Made by a program: the position numbers and the translations under genes
Shown here: positions 48,106 through 60,717 of the stretch, piece by piece
How the letters are laid out: each line of letters starts with the position of its first letter
Numbering within the stretch: the stretch's first letter is position 1
The notes under the pieces: model-generated
Told to the model about the DNA's origin: nothing
Databases searched by the model: none
Seen by the model: only the letters and a program-made list of their open reading frames with translations
Source: Mustelus asterias
Lineage: Eukaryota
Assembly: GCF_964213995.1 (NCBI RefSeq)
Contig: NW_027590347.1
Coordinates: forward strand, 1 to 64,000
Reading direction: 5' to 3'
DNA: 64,000 nucleotides

Positions 48106-50825
48106 GGTTCCTGATTGGACAGTAAACAGCCACACTGTTTAAACGATGTTGCTGCTTCTAGTTTATATCACAGAGTCAACTCAGATCAGAGGCAACTGCA
48201 ATTATTGGGAAACTGGGGGGCGTTTCTCAGTGCTGCGATTGGTTAGTCTGCCTGAGATGATGTTAGCTTTGGATCAATCACTGTTAGTTGACGACGAAGT
48301 GCGGCTGGCTTTCTCCAATCAAATTGTAGCCCAGGCTGAGTGCGTCTTTCTCACCCTCTTGCTCTCTGTCACATTCTCAGTCATTCTGTCTCTTTCTCGG
48401 TTTAACTCTCTTTCCTTCCAACCGGAGATCAGCTCTTTATATGACACCAGAGCCTGTCTTCATATTGCAATAGACCACGTTTCCGTTGCCATCAGGATAG
48501 TATTAATTACGATATCTATCGGTGCGTCTGTCAGAATTCAATCATTTTAGTCAGAGTAAATTAACGATAATAGTGAAAGAGTATATTTAATCTTATTAAC
48601 GTTTATAAGTACAAACCCAGAGGCCTCAGATGTCTGCGGTTTTATTTGATCGGATTAACTCGCTCGTGTTAAATGTTATTTATTTTTATACCAGTTTGTG
48701 ACGACTTCTCAAGAACCTTAATCTTATTACCACGCGCTTGACCTGTTTACGCTGAACTTTTCGTTCTGACAGGTAGATTTCCTCGGGTTGCGATTGTAAA
48801 TAGAACTGTACACGGATTGAACATTACTGAGGATTTAGATGGAGATCCCGAGAGGGAAGCAAATGCTGCAACACAGGAATTTTCAGGCTAAGTAATAAAG
48901 ATAAAGGGATGGAAAGACAATGGGAAACAATCTCATGTCTTTCGTCTGACTCCAGAGAATTATAACACAATTTACTCAGCATTTCATCAATTTCAACATG
49001 GGGAACACGACAAGCCCCCTTTGTTCTACAGAACTTTCTAGTTTCATGCCATTCGTTGAATACTTCGTTGTCAAATTGCTCCTTCTAAATTTTATCACCA
49101 CTCTTTTCAGGGTTAAATTCCATCTGCAACTTACCGGCCCATTTGAACATTCCATCCATATCTTCTTGTCGTCAAAGAGACTCAACCTCAGTGTTAACCA
49201 CTCGCCAAATGAAAGTGGTCATCTTTCAATCTGTATTCTCTGACAACGCTGGCAGTTTTAGACTTCGCAGTCAACTGATGGGACGAGTGGAATGTGCAGG
49301 AAACGTTTTGATTGCAATTTATTGAAGGACTGAGTGTGGATTTTTCTCTCTCCCTTTGGCTCTCCGCAATCTGGCCGATGAAAAACAGAATGAGAGAGAG
49401 GCGGAAAAGATAGGAGTATGAGGACGATGTTGATGTGGGGCGGTTTATTAAGAGAGGCAAAGGTTCTGTAGTTCTCTACAGAGTTGGAGTGGGGAGAGGT
49501 GACTGATAGAAGTTGGAGCTCAATTGCTGATGCTGAATGTACATACAGCACTAGTCCAGGCGTGAGGAGGTTTAGTGGTTGTGCAGGGAGAGCCTGGCCA
49601 ACCATCTCCAAAAGGAAACCCACCGATTCCTGTTAATCATCTGGAAAATCTGAACTGGACCGCCTCGACTGCAATTATATTTCCCATAAAATAACGAGAC
49701 GCAGGAGTATACACATTATTTCTAATATGGGTTCTCCATCCACAGTGCTGCAACCGTCAAAGCCTCGGGTCACTTGTTAGAGTGTGGTATTAAAAGGAGC
49801 TACTAGCTCCATTTGTCGCTGTTGTGTCCGGCGCCACACGATCAGCTGAATGACCACTGCCTGCACCATCGACTTTCTACTGTTCTATTTTCACCAGAGG
49901 TTTGCAAACTGAAAGGGTACTTATAAAATTATATCGGGTATATTTCAGATTAAATAATATTTCATTGCCAGTTTTACAAAAACTCTGGACTGATACTTTC
50001 TTTTTCAATCTACCAATCAAAAGTAATCGAAGGCTTTGAATATTACCAGGATAAGTTAGTTGAAAGTCCAAGACATTTCGAGAATGCAACAGTTCAAGAT
50101 CGAGGGAATAGCTTCCACACAGACTGCAAGGAACATGGCATAAGGAAGAAGATGAAAGTTTGAATGAATGATACAGGACACATCCTCACTCATCTCCAAA
50201 GATACCAGAAATTGTACATGTGTTTCCGAAAGTAGTTTGGACACGTGATTTACCCCTCTCTCGGAGTAATCTCCATAAAATATTATCTGTGAACAACTTG
50301 AGGGTAAATGTCTGTCTTATTGATTTTAAACTGTTTCTTGCTGAATAGCAGCAGTGCGATGTTTCCAATCATCCTGCTTCTGGCACCTCTCTTGCATGAA
50401 CAGAAGAATCTCGAATCTGCACTAATTTCATGATTACAATTTCATTCAAATTCTGAAATTGTAGACTGACATTATGTGATAGAAATATTCGTAACTCCTT
50501 TAATTCACTTCAGTTCAGTACATAGTGTTAATCAATATTCATCTTTTTTCACCAAACTGCTGGACAAATCTGTTTGCCTTCAGTCAGTTCCTGTACTATG
50601 AGTGCAAAAGACTTTCAATAAACATATATTTTGCAATAAAAGCCGAAGTCATCATGTTTGTTCATTGATCGTGATTAATGTCATTCCGCACATCATTTAA
50701 TTGTTTCACCAGGGGACTTTCCTCACTCGGTAAATATAGAATGTTTTCATTGTGCGCATCAGTGTTAAAACTGAGAGTGGTCTCCAGTACAACCAGTGAT
50801 CATTGAATCTCAGAGTCACTAAACC

Positions 50826-52494
50826 ATGTTCTGGATTATTCCACTTGAGCTTCGTGTTGCTTGGGTACTTCACGATATCCAAAGGATTTACTACCCACTC
50901 CTCGCTGCAGTTGGTGTAGCTGGTGAGTTAAATTTCACTCTGTTGATTGCACCTGTCCGTGAGACCCAATCAATAATTTTATAATGTGCAAACTTCATGT
51001 TGCATATGTGCTAATGCAATTGGAAAATTTCTCTATCTTCCCAGCAGACATTTTCCCTACTCTTGCCTGGTGGTTGCTCTCTATTTCCCACTCTCCCCCT
51101 TCCCCACTACCAACCCCCTCTCCTCACTCCCACCACACCTTCACCGGCCACTTCCACTATTCCTGCCTTAATATCTACAGGGTCCTGCCTCAGTAAAATA
51201 AAATATATAATTTCCAGTTTTGTGATTTACAGCCAATTCCAAATCAACTTATGCAATATCTTCAGATGCACAGTCTGCAGCACAGCCACAGCAGAGTGAC
51301 CCAGACCAGGAACATTCCGTCCAAACCCATTGGTACCATTGTGTCTCCCAAATACAAATAAAGAGAAGGCAGGGAATTGGAGATCTGCTCTGTTGGTAAA
51401 TTTAGTTTCTTGATACCTCAGTGCGATGCTTTCTTACTGTGAACCCAGTCTCAGCAGAACAGGTGAATCCATGTTTTTCTGAGGCTGGACTCTGTAAAAC
51501 AAAATCCTGCAGCTGTTCCCCAGAAACCTGCCAGATTACTGCTCCTGTTCTCAGTCTGAAATATGAGTTAATTGTCTCTCTCTTCCCTGCAGTGAACTTA
51601 TTGACGATTCTTATCCTGTCTCGAGGAAGGTGTGGACTTTCCAAATGTGTCTCACGTTACCTAATTTCCATGTCAGCGGCGGATCTACTCGTCGTCATCA
51701 TCGACCTCGTATTGAGGCAAATTCCCATCAGTTTCAGAGATCAATTTGTCTTCATGTATCATGTTAAAGTGTGCAATATCCATGCCGTCCTGCTTTACGC
51801 AGTCACTGACTGTTCTGTCTGGTTCACTGTCACTTTTACCTTTGATCGATTCGTGGCCATTACTTGTCAGAAGCTGAAAATAAAATACTGCACTGAGGAA
51901 ACGGCAACTGTGGTTCTAGGAACAGTGAGTGTGGTATTCACTGTAAAAAACACTTTCTGGTACTTTATGTGTGAGAATAGCTATTGGCTTTCCAATACTC
52001 CCTATTTCTGTTCTGTAGATCTTGATGTCTCCTCCTCACCAGCATGGACAGCAGCTGAAAGTCTCCACTATATTTTAACCCCGACTATTCCTTTTTTGAT
52101 GGTTGTGCTGTTCAACGTTTTAACCGTTAAATACATTGTAGTGTTGAGTAAAGTCCGCAGGAGACTTCGGACCCACAAGAATGGGGAAAGTCCAAGTGAC
52201 CCAGAGATAGAGAAAAGAAGAAAATCTATCATCATACTGTTTGCAATATCGGGAAATTTTCTCCTGTTATGGTCAGTGTTCCTCTTCTATTGTTTTTATG
52301 ACCGACTGTACATGTTTAAATTATTTCTGTCGCGTTTACCACATTTTCTTCAGGAATTAGGATTTATGCTCCAACTCCTGAGTTGCTGCACCAACACATG
52401 CATCTATGCAGTGACACAGACACAGTTCAGAGAGGATCTGAAAAATGTGGTGATGTTTCCAGTAACTGGAATTTTGAAATTCATTAAACAGTAA
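50826..52494 (+). CDS. Class A GPCR, GPR139/GPR142-like, two exons (50826-50922, 51593-52494), 332 aa
   Basis: Exon 1 MFWII...QRIYYPLLAAVGVA|gtgagt; acceptor ccctgcag|VNLLTILILSR...; AADLLV (TM2), FTFDRFVAI (DRY-like), LLSCCTNTCIY (TM7); seven hydrophobic segments. Confidence 0.88.
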
Positions 52495-54109
52495 TAAGCT
52501 ATTCTATCACCACAACGTATTTATCTGATGTTTTGCTACAGAAACTCATCGCAATCAGAAACACACTGATGTCGATTTTGCTTTATTCATCCCGATAAAT
52601 CCATGAACAACAATTGTAGAAATTCAAAAGGAAACGACTTCAGATCCAAAGCTGTCTGGATTTGAATCAGTTAAAATCAGCGATTTAACATGTGCTGGAC
52701 ACATTGAGTTCCAGAATAAAATATTCGCCTGTCAAATTCGGGAGGAAGTTACTGACCTTAGCATTTTACATCAACACTCATCCCACAACGAAAATATCTG
52801 CCAGCACCACCCCTACCAGCCTCACGGTACCGGCCCCACCACCCGATCTCTCACATCACACGTCCCCCTGCGCCGCCCCCCCCCCCCCCCCCCCCCCACC
52901 ACCACCCCCAACCCCGTTCGGGAAGTATTCACTATTGTATCTAGTGATGGTGAATTGAAGAAGTGGATGTGAGATTAATGAAGGCTCGTATTGGGGAAGA
53001 GGAAGTGAAGGGAGGGGTGGTGGGCGGTTGCGAGTCATTTGTCGTGTGCTGAGACGACAATGTCCATAAAATATTAGCCCGAAACATCCATTCAGTGGCA
53101 ATCAGAGTCATGTTGCAGCTGCGACGACATTTAATAAAATCCAGTGCCAGCATTCGACAGCGCACTTGCTTCAATTCACTGAGAACTCAAATAACTGCAC
53201 AGCAAATCAGTCCAATGCGCCCCTGAATTTTGCAGTGTGTTATAGGTCAGAGTGACTTAAGGCCTCAAATGTGCCGGAGTGTAATCTTCAAATAAGCAAA
53301 CACATTTTAATATAGATGGAACAGAATACAGGCAGGGTTGTGAAGGGTCTCTGGAACACATTAGAACTCAATAATGGAAAATTCAGAGAAAATTAGATTT
53401 GTGTCCAATTATAATGAAATAATACTTAATAAAATCTGGATTTAAAAAGTAGCCAGCTCTTCCAAAAAATTAAAGTGAATGTAAAGAAATAATTAGCAGT
53501 TAAGAGACACATTTATTCGCGAGTGGATGAATATAAATCAAGTATTAAATTCCCTATCCTTGGGCCAGATTTCCTTGTGGATATTATTGAGAGGGATGCG
53601 GATGCTGTTGCTTTCTGGGGAAGCAAGGTATTAAATTTATTTTGAAAATCACCTCAAAACTGTTTATTTATCTTGAGTCTACAAATGATACAATGCTACC
53701 ATCTGCTGACAACCCACAACTGCTGCAGACGCTGGTCTTTGTGAGTCTCAGAAAAGTTCAGTAACTCGAGACTGCATTTTTGATTTGATTTGATTTATCA
53801 TTGTCACATGTATTAACATACAGTGAAAAGTGTTGTTTCTTGCACACTATCCGAATAAACATATTGTACTTAAAGAAGGAAAGGGGAAAGTACAGCATGT
53901 ATGGCTACGGTCAGAGGTAGGATGGAGAGAAAGATCAACTTTGGTCCATTCAACACTCTGATGGCAACATGGAAGAAGCTGTTCTTAAGTCTGTTAGTAC
54001 GTGGCCTCAGGCTTTTGTATCTTTTTCCCAACAGAAGGTGGAAGAGAGAATGTCGGGATGCATGCGGCCCTTAATTATGCTAGCTGCTTTTCCGCGACTT
54101 GAGTCAGTG

Positions 54110-54680
54110 GGGTTATGCTGCAACTGTACAGGACCTTGGTGAGACCACATTTGGAATATTGTGTGCAGTTCTGGTCACCTCACTATAAGAAGGATGTGGA
54201 AGCGCTGGAAAGAGTGCAGAGGAGATTTACCAGGATGCTGCCTGGTTTGGAGGGTAGGTCTTATGAGGAAAGGTTGAGGGAGCTAGGGCTGTTCTCTCTG
54301 GAGCGGAGGAGGCTGAGGGGAGACTTAATAAAGGTTTATAAAATGATGAAGGGGATAGATAGAGTGAACGTTCAAAGACTATTTCCTCGGGTGGATGGAG
54401 CTATTACAAGGGGGCATAACTATGGGGTTCATGGTGGGAGATACAGGAAGGATGTCAGAGGTAGGTTATTTGTGCAGAGAGTGGTTGGGGTGTGGAATGG
54501 ACTGCCTGCAGGGATAGTGGAGTCAGACACTTTCGGAACATTTAAGCGGTTATTGGATAGGCACATGGAGCACACCAGGATGATAGGGAGTGGGATAGCT
54601 TGATCTTGGTTTCAGATAAAGCTCGGCACAACATCGTGGGCCGAAGGGCCTGTTCTGTGCTGTACTGTTCTATGTTCTAT
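54110..54680 (+). mobile_element. CR1-clade LINE 3' end (partial copy 57117-57425), followed by an HE1 3' piece
   Basis: LYRTLVRPHLEYCVQFWSPHYKKDVEALERVQRRFTRMLPG...; tail tgttctatgttcta. Confidence 0.93.
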
Positions 54681-55063
54681 AATGCATCTCAGGTCGATTG
54701 AACAATCTTAAATCAATTAGGTTGATTTGCCATGCTAAATTAACCCTAGTGTAAGGGGGATTAGCAGGGTAAATATGTGGGGTTGCGGGAAGAGGGCCTG
54801 GGTTGGATGGTGGGCGGCGCAGACTCGATGGGCTGAATGGCCTCCGTCTGCACTGTCAGGATTCTACGATTCCATGATTCTGCAACTGTAAGTAACGGTC
54901 ATCAATTAATATAACTGTGCAGCTGGACCACGCCAGTTGCTGTTTTTAAGTGCTGTTTTTGTGTTGCAATGCTCAGAATCTCCGTCACTCGCTCGGTGGA
55001 AACGGAATTCGCCGCGCGTGTGCGAGCGCACCCTGCTGGGCACGAACTGGAACTGCCAGTGTG

Positions 55064-55150
55064 GGGTTGTGTTCTGCATTCGATATGTCTCTGCAGCAGT
55101 GTGGGCTCCATGGCACAGACATACACGGCGCTGTCGGAAACCATTGCGTC
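55064..55150 (-). pseudogene. 3' relic of a family E V with RSS (CACACTG-24-ACACAACCC); copy at 57809-57895
   Basis: MVSDSAVYVCAMEP; downstream flank is the inverted homologue of 63340-63500. Confidence 0.85.
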
Positions 55151-55159
55151 CATGATGGT

Positions 55160-55640
55160 CTCTACAGCCAGCCAGGTCTTAAAGGTACAGATAATGTGGG
55201 TGGAGGGAACATTAAACACAGGTTCAAGAGATGTGTATTGTCTCCGGACAGAACAGCTAGTGAGATTCTGCAAGATCAGGAGGCAAGCTGTGGGGGTTAC
55301 TGATAATGTGACATAAATCCAACATCCCGGTTTAGGCCGTCCTCGTGTGTGCGGAACGTGGCTATCAGTTTCTGCTCAGCGAATCTGCGCTGTCGTGTGT
55401 CGTGAAGGCCGCCTTGGAGAATGCTTACCTGAAGATCCAAGGCTGAATGCCCTAAGACCTGGCTGGCTGTAGAGATTTGCATTCTAATTAGTATTCTGTA
55501 ACTTGATGTTGTGTCTCTGTGCACTGTTGGAGAACAGATTTTCACTCCATCTGATGAAGGGGCAGCGCTCCGAAAGCTTATGGTATTTGCTACCAAATAA
55601 ACCTGTTGGACTTTAACCTGGTGTTGTGAGACTTCTTATT
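55160..55640. mobile_element. Penelope-like element end (GIY-YIG C-terminus on minus strand plus inverted terminal repeat with hammerhead motif); copy about 57905-58386
   Basis: LQVSILQGGLHDTRQRRFAEQKLIATFRTHEDGLNRD; tctacagccagccaggtctta is inverted at ~55453-55473. Confidence 0.8.
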
Positions 55641-55961
55641 GTGGTGAGGAATCCAGTTAACAGCCAAATTCCAGCGTGCAGAACCCGCCATCAGAGGGCG
55701 CCACATTCTAGCCTGGGCGCCAGAAACTCACGTGATATTATCACTGAACCCTGTATGGATGGTAGGTTTGTGAGGTCACAATAGACAACCCCCCCCACCC
55801 CCCCACCCACCCACAGACACAGAAGCTCACACTGACCCACGCACACCGACACTCTCACAAACACACTCACTGCAATCAGTTGCACAGAGCCCGGGTTCCC
55901 TCTCTCCTTCTCAATCTCTGACTCACTCCGTTCCCATTCAGTGAGATAGATTCACTCAGAC

Positions 55962-56477
55962 ATGTTTCTGATCTTCCTGGCGGCGCTCTTGCACAGTAAG
56001 TACTGGGGTAACGTACATAAGCCAGATAAATGCATTAACACACATACATGGTAATATAATTAACCATCACAAATATCGATGTGAGGGGTGAATGGGGCGG
56101 GGGGGGGAGGTGGGGGCGGGTGCTGCAGAAACGATCGCAGATACAAACATTAACTCTTGATATTTCATTCCTCTACCTTCACAGGCGGACTGTGCGCGGA
56201 TCCAGTCGCACAGTCATCGCTGCCAATAACCGCATCAGAAGGGGATTCAGTGCAGTTGGGTTGTGAATATACAGACAAGGATATGTACAGCATGCAATGG
56301 TATCAGCAGAAACCGACACAACCCGTGACATGGATTATTACCAAAGCATTTACAGTGAAGGAAGATGAAGTTTCAGGACGATATCTGGCGGCTTCTGACG
56401 CGTCCAAACAGAACGGTTACCTCAATATAAGCGGCCTCAGTGTGGAGGACGGGGCGGTCTATTACTGTGCAGTGAGG
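55962..56477 (+). CDS. TRAV: TCR V segment, family A (leader 55962-55995, V exon 56185-56477); RSS CACAGCG-23-ACAAAAACC at 56478-56516
   Basis: MFLIFLAALLH|gtaagt..cag|SGLCADPVAQS...LGCEY...WYQQKP...DGAVYYCAVR. Confidence 0.93.
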
Positions 56478-58706
56478 CACAGCGTTAGATTAAAGCTAAA
56501 ACCCCGTACAAAAACCTCAGCGAGTATTTACAGCTCCATTAAGTTTCCTCCTGCGCGAATGGTTTGACCCGGGTTCACGAAGACAGTCATTTCTATTTAG
56601 GGTAGAGCCGAGGGGATGATTGGATATCACCTGAAGACTCTGTCAGGAATAAGCCTATTTGCAGATGGTGTTGTCTAATATTCTCTTGATTCTCGACCCA
56701 GTGATCTCAGAGTGACCCCCCCCCCCATCCTGGATCTACTGGTTACTGCTTTAACCAGGGTCTGGAGCAGGTCCAGGAGAACATCCTCCCACTCACCCAC
56801 CCCCTCCACACTTTACAGCCTTCTGGATTCAACATTCAGTCCAACAGTTTCAGAGAGTGAACTCTCAGCCCGTTCTGCTTCTTTTTCTTTGCTTGTTTCG
56901 TTTTTCTTTCTTTCAGTCGGCAGCCCCCCTGCTCCAGACACAGCTTCTGTTTCTCTGTTCCTTCTCTCGCTCCATCTCCATTCCCTTTGGCTCTGGGGGG
57001 GGGGGGGGGCTCACTTTTCTCTCATTCAATCTCTCCTGTCTTCCACCCTCTCACAGACCTTCCTTTAGTCCCTGTCCCACCCGCCCCTTTCTCCAAACCT
57101 GTTACATTTCTAACTTTCAAAGACTATTTCCTCGGGTGGATGGAGCTATTACAAGGGGGCATAACTATGGGGTTCATGGTGGGAGATACAGGAAGGATGT
57201 CAGAGGTAGGTTATTTGTGCAGAGAGTGGTTGGGGTGTGGAATGGACTGCCTGCAGTGATAGTGGAGTCAGACACTTTCGGAACATTTAAGCGGTTATTG
57301 GATAGGCACATGGAGCACACCAGGATGATAGGGAGTGGGATAGCTTGATCTTGGTTTCAGATAAAGCTCGGCACAACACCGTGGGCCGAAGGGCCTGTTC
57401 TGTGCTGTACTGTTCTATGTTCTATAATGCATCTCAGGTCGATTGAACAATCTTAAATCAATTAGGTTGATTTGCCATGCTAAATTAACCCTAGTGTAAG
57501 GGGGATTAGCAGGGTAAATATGTGGGGTTGCGGGAAGAGGGCCTGGGTTGGATTGTGGGCGGCGCAGACTCGATGGGCTGAATGGCCTCCGTCTGCACTG
57601 TCAGGATTCTACGATTCCATGATTCTGCAACTGTAAGTAACGGTCATCAATTAATATAACTGTGCAGCTGGACCACGCCAGTTGCTGTTTTTAAGTGCTG
57701 TTTTTGTGTTGCAATGCTCAGAATCTCCGTCACTCGCTCGGTGGAAACGGAATTCGCCGCGCGTGTGTGAGCGCACCCTGCTGGGCACGAACTGGAACTG
57801 CCAGTGTGGGGTTGTGTTCTGCATTCGATATGTCTCTGCAGCAGTGTGGGCTCCATGGCACAGACATACACGGCGCTGTCGGAAACCATTGCGTCCATGA
57901 TGGTCTCTACAGCCAGCCAGGTCTTAAAGGTACAGATAATGTGGGTGGAGGGAACATTAAACACAGGTTCAAGAGATGTGTATTGTCTCCGGACAGAACA
58001 GCTAGTGAGATTCTGCAAGATCAGGAGGCAAGCTGTGGGGGGTTACTGATAATGTGACATAAATCCAACATCCCGGTTTAGGCCGTCCTCGTGTGTGCGG
58101 AACGTGGCTATCAGTTTCTGCTCAGCGAATCTGCGCTGTCGTGTGTCGTGAAGGCCGCCTTGGAGAATGCTTACCTGAAGATCCAAGGCTGAATGCCCTA
58201 AGACCTGGCTGGCTGTAGAGATTTGCATTCTAATTAGTATTCTGTAACTTGATGTTGTGTCTCTGTGCACTGTTGGAGAACAGATTTTCACTCCATCTGA
58301 TGAAGGGGCAGCGCTCCGAAAGCTTATGGTATTTGCTACCAAATAAACCTGTTGGACTTTAACCTGGTGTTGTGAGACTTCTTATTGTGGTGAGGAATCC
58401 AGTTAACAGCCAAATTCCAGCGTGCAGAACCCGCCATCAGAGGGCGCCACATTCTAGCCTGGGCGCCAGAAACTCACGTGATATTATCACTGAACCCTGT
58501 ATGGATGGTAGGTTTGTGAGGTCACAATAGACAACCCCCCCACCCCCCCACCCACCCACAGACACAGAAGCTCACACTGACCCACGCACACCGACACTCT
58601 CACAAACACACTCACTGCAATCAGTTGCACAGAGCCCGGGTTCCCTCTCTCCTTCTCAATCTCTGACTCACTCCGTTCCCATTCAGTGAGATAGATTCAC
58701 TCAGAC

Positions 58707-59230
58707 ATGTTTCTGATCTTCCTGGCGGCGCTCTTGCACAGTAAGTACTGGGGTAACGTACATAAGCCAGATAAATGCATTAACACACATACATGGTAAT
58801 ATAATTAACCATCACAAATATCGATGTGAGGGGTGAATGGGGCGGGGGGGGGGGGGGGGGAGGTGGGGGCGGGTGCTGCAGAAACGATCGCAGATACAAA
58901 CATTAACTCTTGATATTTCATTCCTCTACCTTCACAGGCGGACTGTGCGCGGATCCAGTCGCACAGTCATCGCTGCCAATAACCGCATCAGAAGGGGATT
59001 CAGTGCAGTTGGGTTGTGAATATACAGACAAGGATATGTACAGCATGCAATGGTATCAGCAGAAACCGACACAACCCGTGACATGGATTATTACCAAAGC
59101 ATTAACAGTGAAGGATGATGAAGTTTCAGGACGATATCTGGCGGCTTCTGACGCGTCCAAACAGAACGGTTACCTCAACATAAGCGCCCTCAGTGTGGAG
59201 GACGGGGCGGTCTATTACTGTGCAGTGAGG
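58707..59230 (+). CDS. TRAV: TCR V segment, family A (leader 58707-58740, V exon 58938-59230); RSS CACAGCG-23-ACAAAAACC at 59231-59269
   Basis: Tandem duplicate of 55962-56477 with three amino-acid changes (F>L, E>D, G>A). Confidence 0.93.
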
Positions 59231-60374
59231 CACAGCGTTAGATTAAAGCTAAAACCCCGTACAAAAACCTCAGCGAGTATTTACAGCTCCATTAAGTTTC
59301 CTCCTGCGCGAATGGTTTGACCCGGGTTCACGAAGACAGTCATTTCTATTTAGGGTGGAGCCGACGGGATGATTGGATATCACCTGAAGACTCTGTCAGG
59401 AATAAGCCTATTTGCAGATGGTGTTGTCTAATATTCTCTTAATTCTCGATCCAGTGATCTCAGCTCTTCCTCCCATTGATTCTGTAGATGTGACATCAGA
59501 CTCGCCTCATCCACTGCTCTCAGCTTTATCTTGTTCGATATTCTGCAACTTTCGGAGACACAAGTCCCTGGAATCCAGGAGCAGCAGCAGCGATGCGGAT
59601 CTCCGTTCTCGCTGTTTTCTGGGTGACATTCATTGTTGGTAAGATGTTTAAAACTTGAAAAAGAGTAAAAAGAAGTTTCATTTATGGAGGAATAAGTTTG
59701 AAAAGCAGGCCTTTCATGTTAAACAAGTATTAGACCTGCCTTAGAGCACAAATGAATCTTTGTTTGTGGCTTTGGTCTTTTGGAGAACAGATTCTAAAAG
59801 CGCACAGCAAAGGCGATTTAAAGAGATGGTCCCAGGGTTGGAAGATGAGAGCTGTCAGAAAGCATGATAAAAATTGTGATTACTCTCTCTCTGGACGAGA
59901 AGACAACCAGGTAATCTGACTGATTTCTGGACAATGATGATCAAATCAATTTAAATAATAATAAATCAAATCAAAGAGATTTAGTGTGCTGGACGGAAAG
60001 AGGATGATTCCATTTGGGGAGAATTACATTTCTGTGTCCCATAAATCTAAGTGAAACAAAAAGATCAACTGGGAATTACGGAGAAACTTTTTTTGAAAGA
60101 GTTCTGTAGAAGTGACTCACATCGACACAATGAACTGTTGAGGAGAGGAGTAACGATGCATTTAAGGGCAAACCAGAGAAACCGCTGAGGTAGAAAGGGA
60201 TATTTGAGATGAGGCAGGAGGGAGGATTCTCCTAGGGATTGTGAAAGGGGACAGAGATCAGTTGGAGTGAATGTGTTAGAATTTAATACATTTTTTAATG
60301 TTGCACTGATTTTTCACCCTCGCTTCAAGTGAACTTTTAATCAATGACTTTTGTTTGTTAACCTTGTGTTCTGG

Positions 60375-60717
60375 ATCTGAACGATGGAGATTCTGTTACT
60401 CGGCTGGAATGTTCACTCACACGGACAGAGGGAGAAGATGTCACTTTAATCTGCACCTTTACCGACGATGCTTATTATTTATTCTGGTACCGTCAATACC
60501 CAGGCAGACAGCCCGAGTTTGCAGTCCGGAGAGGCAAGAACGGCGGTTTTGAATTAAAGGCGGATTTCGCTGGCACCCGATTTCCTGATTCAGTCCAGCA
60601 GTTAGACAAGTTGTACCGATTGGCTATGTCGATGCTGCTGCTGCCTGACACCGCGGTCTATTACTGTGCACAGAGTCTCACATTGATGAGAACGAGTGAA
60701 ATACTCGTACAAAAACT
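60375..60717 (+). pseudogene. Leaderless TCR alpha/delta V exon with open frame and RSS CACATTG-23-ACAAAAACT (60679-60717); probable pseudogene
   Basis: LNDGDSVTRLECSLTRTEGEDVTLICTF...LFWYRQYPGRQPEF...DTAVYYCAQS with no stops; acceptor reads ttctGG; upstream is LINE debris. Missed by the ORF track. Confidence 0.82.

Larger units (their letters stand above)
42287..48924. repeat. 6.6-kb segmental duplication, copy 2
   Basis: Near-identical to 17280-23894. Confidence 0.95.
54372..59463. repeat. Tandem duplication (54372-56710 vs 57117-59463) separated by a Penelope-like fragment (56711-57116)
   Basis: Near-identical LINE end, V relic, Penelope piece and family A V; offset ~2.75 kb. Confidence 0.93.

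Noticed and set aside
51421-51592. N-terminal 57 aa of the 357-aa GPCR ORF
   Set aside because: Intronic read-through; strong acceptor at 51592 and a phase-matched first exon at 50826-50922 supplying the first half of TM1
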